A DNA stretch of 48,275 nt from Octopus bimaculoides. Its lineage: Eukaryota. The notes beneath the pieces were generated by a model. That model saw nothing but the letters and a program-made list of their open reading frames with translations. It searched no databases and had not been told where the DNA came from. A program made the translations under genes and the position numbers. The stretch is taken from positions 74,386,515 to 74,434,789 of the forward strand of contig NC_068984.1 in NCBI RefSeq assembly GCF_001194135.2, in the 5' to 3' direction. Shown here piece after piece: positions 12,654 through 22,949 of this stretch (position 1 is its first letter; each line of letters starts with the position of its first letter).

Positions 12654-12910
12654 ACATACATACATGTATATTTTAGTTACGGTAGTTCCCGGTGCTTGTA
12701 AATACGTGCTTGAGTTGTTGCGTTGGTTTAAAATGTCGATGCATCCACTTGAGTGTATGCATATTTTCATATAAAAATCTCAGGTGAAAAAGTTTTGAGA
12801 TGTCTTATAAATCCCTATTGTGCCACTTATGGATTGGATTTGGAGAAACCGCATCAGTTTCTTCCGCTCTTTTTCAGTGAAACTGACTATATTACTAGGC
12901 TTTTGTGCAA

Positions 12911-13007
<97 letters not shown>

Positions 13008-13230
13008 ATGTAAAGAAATAGATATTAGTTAATAGGAAAATTCATTATCAGATTGCATGTGGATCCACGAGCAGCAAATTAAATCTCTCAGAAAATTTTT
13101 CTTAATCCAATTTTTATAAACTGCAGGATTGATATGAATTTAAGATGATGTTAAAACAAAAGAATTTTATTAAGACGTTCAAATCTGCTCATTTGAATTT
13201 TATTTAAAATTTAACAGAATTGAAATCAGA

Positions 13231-13661
13231 AATATTGCATTACTAAATCTCTCAGAGAGTCTTAAGTAGTTGCAGCAAGATAAAGTGATGGTTTGTTGCC
13301 AAGTTAATGTGGCAGTTCCAGCGAAGAGTGTTTAGCCCCAGGAAACATCGTTTCTAGTTGGCTACGTGACACAAGCGTTTTGTGTCATTAAGTTTTGAAA
13401 TAAGGGAGAAAAGCAACTCCACCCAGCAAAGCCTGTATCCATAGACTAGTTTCAGAGTTATTGCTCTTCATCAGTCTGGAGTAGCTTGACTTGCTAGCTC
13501 TCGATGCTTATTCGCCTTTGAAAACTTATAGAATTTTAAGTGAAATAAATTCACTGACCTACAAATTTAGTAATATTGCATTTCTAAATCCCTCAGAGAG
13601 ACTTATACAGTAGCAGCACGATAAAGTGATGGTTTGTTGCCAAATTAAGGTGACAGTCCCA
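13231..13661. repeat. Pair of ~90-bp direct repeats (13231-13320 and 13572-13661), 341-bp period
   Basis: AATATTGCATTACTAAATCTCTCAGAGAG...GATAAAGTGATGGTTTGTTGCCAAGTTAATGTGGCAGTTCCA versus AATATTGCATTTCTAAATCCCTCAGAGAG...GATAAAGTGATGGTTTGTTGCCAAATTAAGGTGACAGTCCCA. Confidence 0.9.
13423..13497 (-). ncRNA. Type I hammerhead ribozyme motif
   Basis: Minus strand 5'-CTAGCAAGTCAAGC TAC TCCAGA [CTGATGA] AGAG CAATAA CTCT [GAAA] CTAG [TC] TATGGA TACAG GCTTTGCTGG-3': complete catalytic core, 4-bp stem II, palindromic stem III (ACTAGT), GUC cleavage triplet, stem I 5/6 bp extended beyond an internal loop. Confidence 0.8.
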
Positions 13662-14151
13662 TGAAAGGGAAGAATGCTACTGCTATTTAGCTCCACCATG
13701 AAATCGTTAATATACTGGCAGGGTTTTTTTTGTAGATATCTCTCCTTAGTTATGGTCTAATGTCCTATAATTATAGTTAACTTTATCGTATCGATATATA
13801 TCTGTAGTTAATTGTAAAGCAGAAATAACTCATGAAAAGGAAATGCGAAAATATGCGTATGCCGGAAATTCCTTGACTAGTATGCACAAATTAAAAAAAG
13901 GCAAGCTATATTCAAACACACACACACAAATACACACATACAAATACAAACACACACACACTCACACAAATACACACAGAAGCATGAATACATATATATT
14001 TTCATGTATGAATGTACGTATGTATGTATATATGCATGTATGTATGTACATGCGGATGTGTGTATGTATAGACTCAAAAACAAGCTGCTTATATACGGTA
14101 GAGGCATTATACTTGCTTGCACGAATTTATGTGTGTGCATATATGTATGTA

Positions 14152-14353
14152 CGACGGGGTGCTTTGGGTAAAAGAAAATACAGAAGGATATCTATTAATT
14201 ATGATTTCATTCAACATATTCCCCTCCCAGCTTCACGCATTTATTGCAACAGGCCTTCAGTTCTTCTAATACCTGGGCAAGAACTCCGAAGATTAGGCAT
14301 CCAATGAGGTCTTTCGCGATGCTCTTAAAACCAAGAACTTTTAGCACCCCTCG
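14152..14353 (-). mobile_element. Mariner-derived non-autonomous MITE (~200 bp)
   Basis: Left end TACGACGGGGTGCT, right end AAGAACTTTTAGCACCCCTCGT (inverted); minus strand retains the mariner C-terminus ...NKCVKLGGEYVE. Confidence 0.7.
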
Positions 14354-14638
14354 TGAATGTATTATGGGCTTGTCTGTAGTTTCTGTTTACCATATTACCA
14401 CACACACATACATTTACGAGTGTGTGTATGTGTGTATTTGTTTATATATGTATGTACATGTGTGCATGTATAAAACGCATATGCACGCACACACACATAC
14501 ATATATATATATATTTATATATATATGTATATTATATATATATATATATAAAGCTCAAATAAACATATATTCTTGTACATATATATTTGTATACATACAT
14601 GCATATGCGTACATATATATAAATACATGTATATTTGT

Positions 14639-14669
<31 letters not shown>

Positions 14670-15091
14670 CGCACACACACGCACACACACACATTCATGC
14701 ATACTAGCATATATCTGTGCACTGTGTCAAAGTGTTGAGAAAAGTTTAAAACATAAATACTTAACTAATTATAGTAAATATAAATAATCACACTTCCGCC
14801 ATTGCTTTTTTTTTTCTCAACAGACATAAGGTAAGCCAGAAGAAATAGAAATATCAATATACACGCACATACACACATATATATCATGTCTGTAGTAGAT
14901 ATGTGACTATTCGGTGGCTCAGAAGAATTTTTGACTTCTATTTTTAGCGATGTAGGTGCTCATGTAGTGCCCTTGTCTATATATGTACATATCTAATATT
15001 GTATGTATATATTTTATTAATTTGCTTGTACGGCTGATAATTCGCTTGCCACTCGTGACGGTATTTTAATAATACCATTCCTCTGTTTATT

Positions 15092-15149
<58 letters not shown>

Positions 15150-15154
15150 ACGAT

Positions 15155-15245
15155 AAACGTCGCCCTTTCAAAGCCTAGCCAGGCTCATGGGCCCGGTTTC
15201 CCGGTTACTATGGCGTATGTGTTCCCTCCCGCCTTTCCATCGCAG
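15155..15245 (-). mobile_element. 3' tail of tRNA-derived SINE (probably same family as 1335-1488; V-domain-like)
   Basis: Reverse complement reads CTGCGATGG...GGGAACACATACGCCATAG...CCGGGAAACCGGGCCCATGAGCCTGGCTAGGC; family link from recalled consensus. Confidence 0.5.
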
Positions 15246-15434
15246 ATATATATATATTGCCGCTCATATACAGCCGTGCATACACACACGAATACATACA
15301 TTAAAATGTGTGTGTATAAATGTGTGGATATATGAATGCATATGTATGTATATATATATATACACACACACAAATTTCATATATTATCTGCGAATGCAAT
15401 TATAATATACGTATAAATACAAATATATGTATAT

Positions 15435-16318
15435 AAGGTTGTGATAGATAAATTGTCGCCATATTATATTTTTAATTTCGCGCATGCGCATTGTTTGTTT
15501 TTGATTTTGTTGACTACACAGTATAGAAGGGTCACTTGGGCCCCATATGTGAGAAAAACAGCACCATGATGCAATTCACTCTGCCAGACATTTGGAAACG
15601 GCATGCTGTACTGCTTGGCATTCCGGACGGAAGCTCCAATTTGAACATTTCAGAGTGTTTGGGTGTCAATCTGAGGACAGTGCAATCTGAGGACATGTAC
15701 CGAGAGTGATAAAAATCAAACAGCCAGTCAACATCGTGGTGTTTGGAGTAGTCACTAGTGATGGCGACGTTATGCCTCCATTCATCTTCCCACAGGGCTG
15801 CAGAATCAACACGGAGGCCTACATCAAGTGCTTGGAGGAGATAGTGCTGTCCTGGGTCAAGAGGATGGCTACTGGAAGACCCTGCGTCTGGCAACGGGAC
15901 CCAGCACATGCCACAGAAACAGGAGAACCAGTCATGGCTGTCAAACAATTTGTGCGACCACAGCACCCCTAACATCTGGTCAAGTAATTCCCCAGATTGA
16001 AACACCATTGATTGTTATATGTGGTGCGCAGTTGAGCGAGAGCCCAACACAACTCCTTGTAACACCAAAGATAAACTGAAGGCAAGGATTATGCCAGCAT
16101 TCACCAACTTAGACAATAAGAGCTTCCAGAGGAGTTGCAGGAGATTCCGAAGTCGTCTGGAGGCCGTGGTTGAAGCGAATGCCGATTTTATTAAATAGAT
16201 TTGTTCTTTACTATTTCAAGATATCTTTATGCAATTTTGGTAAGTATATCTGTTAAAATGAGCTGTACGTGTTATTTTCATTTTTGAGTAATTTAGACGA
16301 CAATTTATTCACTGCACC

Positions 16319-16321
<3 letters not shown>
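15435..16321 (+). mobile_element. Internally deleted maT-like (DD37D) Tc1/mariner transposon
   Basis: Degenerate TIRs (..GATAAATTGTCGCC at ~15447-15460; GACGACAATTTATTCACTGCACCCTG at 16296-16321); VNIVVFGVVTSDGDVMPPFIFP, CVWQRD, NSPD*NTID; 109 nt between last two Asp codons (111 expected for D37D); RRFRSRLEAVVEANADFIK* end. Confidence 0.85.
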
Positions 16322-16349
<28 letters not shown>

Positions 16350-17297
16350 GATATATATATAGATATATATATATATACATATACGTATATATATGTATAT
16401 ATGTATGTATATTTGCATTATCTATGTATGTGTATGTATATAAATGTCACGGACTTATATACACACGAACATAAATGTATAAATATATAAACATGTTCAT
16501 AAAAGCATACACACATTCTTATATGTATAAATGCATGTATATACGATTACACACACACATACATGCATACACCACCCCTACCCCCACATACACACATTAT
16601 CACACACATAACCACACACACGCACTCACAGACACGCATTACCTATCAAGCAAGCGTCTTCTAGTCACGTGACGAGTAATTGAAGGCGCTTTCAGCAGCT
16701 GTATGTTAATGACAACATGTAGAGACGGACTGGATTATACCTAGAACATCTTAAAAGCTACAGGCTTTGTTGTGGCGGTTATTGTTATTCTCCTTTTTCT
16801 TCACTCCTTTCCTGGTTTTCTTACTATTCCGCTTAATCCTGTTGCCCTTCTCTTATCCGCCATTTTCTTCCCATTTACGTCAAATCAGCAGTTTGCTGTT
16901 TTCATGGCAATATTTTCTTTTTTAATTTCATGCGTTTCGTTTATACTTTCACCATAATACCTTTCGCAAATAGTTGATTAAATGCATGAAGGAAAATTTA
17001 TGTGTATGTGTGTGAGTGAGTGTGACTGTGTGTGTGTATGTGTGTGAATGTGTGTGCGTGCGAATGTGTGCAAAAGTGTGAATATGTGTCTGCGGTGGAT
17101 GTAGGATGTATATATATATATATATNNNNNNNNNNNNNNNNNNNNNNNNNNNNNNNNNNNNNNNNNNNNNNNNNNNNNNNNNNNNNNNNNNNNNNNNNNN
17201 NNNNNNNNNNNNNNNNNNNNNNNNNNNNNNNNNNNNNNNNNNNNNNNNNNNNNNNNNNNNNNNNNNNNNNNNNNNNNNNNNNNNNNNNNNNNNNNNN

Positions 17298-17336
<39 letters not shown>

Positions 17337-17342
17337 AATATC

Positions 17343-17445
17343 CATCGTGGCGCTCGTCGTTTACGACGACGAGGGTACAAGTTGATCCGATCAACGGAAC
17401 AGCCTGCGCGTGAAATTAAAGTGCAAATGGCTGAGCACTCCACAG
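17343..17445 (-). mobile_element. SINE 3' fragment (third family)
   Basis: GACGAGGGTACAAGTTGATCCGATCAACGGAACAGCCTGCGCGTGAAATTAAAGTGCAAATGGCTGAGCACTCCACAG recognised from memory as an abundant octopus repeat; single copy here. Confidence 0.4.
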
Positions 17446-17578
17446 TGTACGGAGCCGACATTAGACTTCAATGGAGTTATATAAATAAACTCCATCAAAA
17501 ACTAGATCGTCTTTCAAACCATCTAACTTTCCTGTGTATATGTAGTGACTCAAAGCTAATACCACTTGGCTTGAATAT
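17446..17578 (+). mobile_element. Possible N-terminal fragment of a Penelope-like ORF
   Basis: VYGADIRLQWSYINKLHQKLDRLSNHLTFLCICSDSKLIPLGLNI resembles the NHxxFLxxC...IPxGL motif near the start of Penelope/Poseidon ORFs. Confidence 0.4.
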
Positions 17579-17589
17579 AATAAGCCCAC

Positions 17590-17720
17590 GGGCATATGGC
17601 GTAGTGGTTAAGAGTGGGGCTACTAACCCCAGGATTCCGAGTTCGATTCCAGGCAGTGGCCTGAATAATAATGATAATAATAATAATAATAACAACAGCA
17701 ACATCGAAAAATACCTTATA
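17590..17720 (+). mobile_element. tRNA-like SINE head followed by (AAT)n
   Basis: A-box TGGCGTAGTGG, anticodon-like arm TGGGG-CTACTAA-CCCCA, B-box GAGTTCGATTCC; acceptor and T stems poorly paired. Confidence 0.7.
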
Positions 17721-17880
17721 TATAAATGTGACTACATGTGGATCGTTGACGATTTTTTTCCTCCGTCTTCCTTTTCTCTTGGTCTTTACTCCGACTTCTG
17801 TTTCTAAAGAAGAGCTTTGCTCGAAACGTAAAAACTACCTTTCTTTCCTTCCCTGAACGTCTGCTAATACTTTGCCTGTA
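17720..17880 (+). mobile_element. Penelope-like pLTR fragment with degenerate minimal hammerhead motif (17801-17836)
   Basis: GAAGAGCTTTGCTCGAAACGTAAAAACT...CTTCCCTGAACGTCTGCTAATAC, homologous in inverted orientation to 18020-18083. Confidence 0.55.
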
Positions 17881-17959
17881 CCACATCCTCACGTTGTTGT
17901 TCTTTTTCCTTGTTTTTGTTCTTATATATATTTACATATATATGTACGTATGTATATAG

Positions 17960-19708
17960 TTGAAATTTACCGACAAACTTAAGACGAAGACAGGTGTATA
18001 AACAGCAAGCAGGTGTATTAGTTTGACGCTCAGGAAGATGAGAAAGTCTTTGACGTTTCGAGCCTACGCTCTTCAACTGAAAGGTACACGAGAAAATAAG
18101 CNNNNNNNNNNCCTACGCTCTTCAACTGAAAGGTACACGAGAAAATAAGCAGAGAGAGAGAAAAAAAGAAAACATGTGGATTTAGCGGTCAATCATGGTG
18201 ACTGGTTGGAGAAAGGTAGTTGGACAGGAGAACTAGGAAGAAGGGGAGATAATACTGTACTGGTGATCCCAAAACGAAGGTGCACGTGCATGTGTGTATG
18301 TGAGAATGTGTGCGTGCGTGTGGATAGAGGCTGGTGACTTTGAAGTGTGGACGTGTGCGCGCGTGTGTGCATCTGTAATGTGTGGATGCGTGGATGATGG
18401 TGTGCGTGCTGGGAAGCAGTGAGTGCTAGTGCATGCGGAGTGGTGTGGAGTGGTGTAATGTGTGNNNNNNNNNNNNNNNNNNNNNNNNNNNNNNNNNNNN
18501 NNNNNNNNNNNNNNNNNNNNNNNNNNNNNNNNNNNNNNNNNNNNNNNNNNNNNNNNNNNNNNNNNNNNNNNNNNNNNNNNNNNNNNNNNNNNNNNNNNNN
18601 NNNNNNNNNNNNNNNNNNNNNNNNNNNNNNNNNNNNNNNNNNNNNNNNNNNNNNNNNNNNNNNNNNNNNNNNNNNNNNNNNNNNNNNNNNNNNNNNNNNN
18701 NNNNNNNNNNNNNNNNNNNNNNNNNNNNNNNNNNNNNNNNNNNNNNNNNNNNNNNNNNNNNNNNNNNNNNNNNNNNNNNNNNNNNNNNNNNNNNNNNNNN
18801 NNNNNNNNNNNNNNNNNNNNNNNNNNNNNNNNNNNNNNNNNNNNNNNNNNNNNNNNNNNNNNNNNNNNNNNNNNNNGATGTGGTGTGAGGATGTGGGTGG
18901 GGTGAATAATTGGGGTGGAGGTGTGGGTAGGCATCGGGTATGTGGGAGTGGGTTGTATGGGATGTGAGTGGATGGAGGGGAGTATTAATGAAGGGAGAAC
19001 GTGGGTAGGAGTGAAGAGAGGAAGTAGGTGTCAGATGAAGAGGAGAGGAGGGGTGTCAGACGAAGGGGGAAGGGAGTTGATTCCATGTGGGGCAAAGGAG
19101 AGAAGAGAGAAGATTAATTCCAGTCCACGGCGGATACAGGAGTCCGAATAGCCCCTGTGCAAAGACAATCCAAACACAGCAGGTGTTGTAATGAATGGCT
19201 GGTAGAGCAGAAATGGTGCGAGACCGAGATGTCATTGCTGAGTCTAATATCTCGGAGGTACTCTACGAAGCGGTCAGCCAAGCGGCGTCCCGTTTGATCG
19301 ATGTACGGAGAAGGGCAGAAAGAGCAAGAGATGCAGTAAATGAGTTTCTAGAAGTGCAGGTAAAGGAGTCAGTGATACGATAGGGACGATGATGGGTGCC
19401 TGTGAGGATGGTAGTCGTGGAGAGGTAGGGTCAAGTGCGGCAATGTGGGCGGAAGCAGGGGACTGAGCCAGGTTGGGAGGTGGGGTTAGCGAAGAAGCTG
19501 TGGACCAGGAGGTCACGTAGGTTGTGGACTCGTTTGAAGGAGGGAAAGGGTAGATTGGGGAAGATGTGCGAAGTGGATGAGGTCGGACTGGAGTCGCCGG
19601 AAGGCTCAGAGAAGGGTTCGTTGGAGGGGCAAGGTGGAGGGGTTGTAGGTGAGGGGAGCGGGAGATGGGCAACGGCGGGGAGGGTGCGATGAGAGAGGGA
19701 GCAGAGGC
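17960..19708 (-). mobile_element. Penelope-like element 3' portion: RT C-terminus, GIY-YIG endonuclease and pLTR, interrupted by SSRs and gaps
   Basis: Minus strand HIFPNLPFPSFKRVHNLRDLLVHS, PGSVPCFRPHCRT, DSFTCTSRN, YCISCSFCPSPYIDQTGRRLADRFVEYLRDI, APHGINS; 3' end carries TTGAAGAGCGTAGGCTCGAAACGTC. Confidence 0.85.
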
Positions 19709-20451
19709 NNNNNNNNNNNNNNNNNNNNNNNNNNNNNNNNNNNNNNNNNNNNNNNNNNNNNNNNNNNNNNNNNNNNNNNNNNNNNNNNNNNNNNNNNNNN
19801 NNNNNNNNNNNNNNNNNNNNNNNNNNNNNNNNNNNNNNNNNNNNNNNNNNNNNNNNNNNNNNNNNNNNNNNNNNNNNNNNNNNNNNNNNNNNNNNNNNNN
19901 NNNNNNNNNNNNNNNNNNNNNNNNNNNNNNNNNNNNNNNNNNNNNNNNNNNNNNNNNNNNNNNNNNNNNNNNNNNNNNNNNNNNNNNNNNNNNNNNNNNN
20001 NNNNNNNNNNNNNNNNNNNNNNNNNNNNNNNNNNNNNNNNNNNNNNNNNNNNNNNNNNNNNNNNNNNNNNNNNNNNNNNNNNNNNNNNNNNNNNNNNNNN
20101 NNNNNNNNNNNNNNNNNNNNNNNNNNNNNNNNNNNNNNNNNNNNNNNNNNNNNNNNNNNNNNNNNNNNNNNNNNNNNNNNNNNNNNNNNNNNNNNNNNNN
20201 NNNNNNNNNNNNNNNNNNNNNNNNNNNNNNNNNNNNNNNNNNNNNNNNNNNNNNNNNNNNNNNNNNNNNNNNNNNNNNNNNNNNNNNNNNNNNNNNNNNN
20301 NNNNNNNNNNNNNNNNNNNNNNNNNNNNNNNNNNNNNNNNNNNNNNNNNNNNNNNNNNNNNNNNNNNNNNNNNNNNNNNNNNNNNNNNNNNNNNNNNNNN
20401 NNNNNNNNNNNNNNNNNNNNNNNNNNNNNNNNNNNNNNNNNNNNNNNNNNN

Positions 20452-21031
20452 NCAGGCGAGGAGGACGGCCAGTTCACCAACCAAGAACAGGACTTCATCC
20501 AAAGAAGATCATGTTGAGTGTATGGTGGGATATTAAAGGAGTAATCCATTATGAACTGTTGGACAACAACCAAACAATTAATGCTAACCTTTACTGTGAG
20601 CAACTTCGTCGTTTGAAAGCAGTTCTCAGCTAAAAGCGAGCATCCTTGGTTAACAGAAAGGGTGTCATATTCCATCACGATAATACTCGTCCACACACAG
20701 TTCTACTGACCAAAACTCTATTGGAAGAACTTGACTTATCCTTCATACTCTCCCTGACCTTGCTCCTTCTGATTACCATTTGTTCCAAGGACTACAGAAC
20801 CATTTTGATGGACTTAGGTTAACAACAAGAGAAGAGATTGAAAATTGGTTGGATTTACATTTTGGTTCTAAACCTACAGAATTTTACAAGCGAGGCATTT
20901 ATAAGGTTGTTGAAGAATAGAATGAGGTCATTAAAAGTAATGGAGAGTATGTTAATGAATAGATATATAGTCATTGGCTTATTCGTTTTTACTTTAGATC
21001 TTTAAATCGGGCATTACTTTTGTACCAACCA
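20452..21031 (+). mobile_element. Mariner transposon 3' half (Hsmar1/cecropia-like), degraded
   Basis: GLHPKKIMLSVWWDIKGVIHYELL, HHDNTRPH, YSPDLAPSDYHLF; right TIR reverse complement GGTTGGTACAAAAGTAATGCCCG resembles the Hsmar1-type TIR; TA flank. Confidence 0.9.
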
Positions 21032-21041
21032 TATATATAAT

Positions 21042-21291
21042 GTTTTGCTTGTTCCCATCATTAGACTGCGGCCATGCTGGTGAACCACGTTACTGCTTTG
21101 AAGGCTTTAGTAAAAAAAATCTCTTCCAGTCCTTATTTCTAGGGGTGATACTGATTCTATCGGTCTCTGTACCAAACCAAAGTTACGAGGACATAAATAA
21201 ACCAACACCATTTGTCAAACGTTTGTCAAACGCAAAAGAACACACACATATGTATGTATGTATCTAACTATCTACCTACCTACCTACCTAC

Positions 21292-21325
<34 letters not shown>

Positions 21326-21364
21326 GTCTGTCTGTCTCTCTCTCTCTGTCTCTCTGTCTCTCTG

Positions 21365-21401
<37 letters not shown>

Positions 21402-21465
21402 TTACGACGAATATTTTTTCAGTTTCCTTCAAATCGTCACACAAAGCTTTGATCTGTCCGGAGCT
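21042..21465 (-). mobile_element. SINE family A, degenerate copy with internal (TATC)/(TC)/(TA) microsatellite
   Basis: GACTGCGGCCATGCTGG...TTCTATCGGTCTCT 3' half, SSR, then TTCAGTTTCC...CACACAAAGCTTTG 5' part. Confidence 0.65.
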
Positions 21466-21993
21466 TCTGATCTTAACTGACAGGAAGTGTTATCGTGTAC
21501 ATTGTTTTGTCTTGGTATAAAAGATGGGCTACAGTAAATATTCTGCTCAATACCAACGATTTGCTTGTCAGTTGCTTGACCTTAACCAGTTGAGCATGTC
21601 CCTTAGTGGCTGATATGTGCATCTCTGATAACGAGCAGAAGTAGTCGGAGGGCATCATCGCCATGTATTGAGAGGAATTCTTTGGGGTTTGGATAATTCA
21701 CCTTTGGAAAACATGGGTGTTTTGTTCATCATCCGTAAATAACTCTTATTCAGGGACCTTTTGAGCGGAATGGGCTACTCGACCTGAAGAAAATTCTAGC
21801 TGGACCCCACCTGCAAGGTTATGCGCTGTTTATCTTGATATGAGATCGCTATTGCGCGCACATGTGGTTGTGATGCATGTGCCTGGTGTACCTTTAATGA
21901 TGGGTATACTGGGCTACGTATATTTTACCCCAGTCTCCTTTTGATGGCATGCACTGCTCTCTCACTCAAAAAAAAAAAAAAAAAAAAAAAAAA
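21466..21993 (+). mobile_element. Interspersed repeat ending in poly(A), probable retroelement 3' UTR
   Basis: Ends ...TATTTTACCCCAG...TTGATGGCATGCACTGCTCTCTCACTC(A)26; family recalled only, no ORF. Confidence 0.35.
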
Positions 21994-22079
21994 NNNNNNN
22001 NNNNNNNNNNNNNNNNNNNNNNNNNNNNNNNNNNNNNNNNNNNNNNNNNNNNNNNNNNNNNNNNNNNNNNNNNNNNNNN

Positions 22080-22463
22080 TTCTAATTGATGTATCAATAC
22101 CAGCAGATGACAACGTCTCTCTAAAAGAAATGGAAAAACTTTCAAAATACAAAGACCTGGAGGTAACTCGAATGTGGAATCTAAAAACAGAAACAATTCC
22201 TATTATAGTAGGTGCCTTAGGTATAATAAAAAAAATATTCAGACAAATACATAACAAAAACACCAGGACTTACAAATATATATAACATACAGAAAATTGC
22301 ACTACTGGGCACTGCACACATCCTACGCAAAACACTTTCAATAGAGTAACCATAAGAGCGTCACAGCAAACCACAGCACATACCCAAGGCACAGAGAGCT
22401 GCGCTCGGTAGTGAAGTGAAAGCACGTTATAAAAATAAAACTACTGAACAATAATAATAATAA
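22080..22463 (+). mobile_element. R4/Dong-like non-LTR retrotransposon 3' end (restriction-like endonuclease), 3' UTR and (ATA)n tail
   Basis: LIDVSIPADDNVSLKEMEKLSKYKDL, RMWNLKTETIPIIVGALG, then after a frameshift QKIALLGTAHILRKTLSIE* (stop 22347-22349); tail ATAATAATAATAA. Confidence 0.85.
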
Positions 22464-22546
22464 CTGGTTTCAAATTTTGGCACAAAGCCAGTAGTTCCTG
22501 GGAGAACGTAATGACGAACGAAATGTGGATAAGTATCAGCAAGAAT

Positions 22547-22760
22547 AGCTTCAAATTTTGGCACAAGGCTAGTAATTTCGGGGGAAAAGATGAGTCGAAT
22601 ACGTCGACTCCAGTACTCAACTGGTACTTATTTTATCAACCCAGAAAGGATGAAATCAAAGTAGACCTCGGTGGAATTTGAACTCAAGAACGTAAGGATG
22701 GAGGAAATGCCGCTAAGCATTTAGTCCGACGTGCTAGCGATTCTGTTAGCTCGCCGCCTT
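22547..22760 (-). mobile_element. Meta-domain-like tRNA SINE, full copy
   Basis: Reverse complement AAGGCGGCGAGCTAACAGAATCGCTAGCACG...GAGTTCAAATTCCACCGAGGTC...TTTCATCCTTTC...GATAAAATAAGTACCAGTTGAGTACTGG...TTGTGCCAAAATTTGAA. Confidence 0.9.
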
Positions 22761-22949
22761 AACAACAGCAATAACAGTAGTAGTAATTAACAGCCAAATG
22801 TAGTTACCCATCAAACAATACCGTCACTATTAACACCACCACCACCACCAGCTACATTTCCATTGTCAACGCGTGAACCGGGCACGTGTCATTCATATGT
22901 ACCTTGGTTTCCTAGCAATGTATTCGTACTTCTCATGTTGAGAGGGCTT

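Noticed and set aside
12753-12910. ORF segment GEKVLRCLINPYCATYGLDLEKPHQFLPLFF
   Set aside because: No recognisable domain, poor acceptor, and it runs into (TG)n
17590-17663. Possible tRNA gene with anticodon ACT (Ser)
   Set aside because: Only the anticodon arm pairs well; acceptor and T stems are broken and it runs into an (AAT)n tail, consistent with a SINE head
18061-18151. Exact 39-bp direct repeat on both sides of a 10-N gap
   Set aside because: Typical unmerged contig overlap, not a biological duplication
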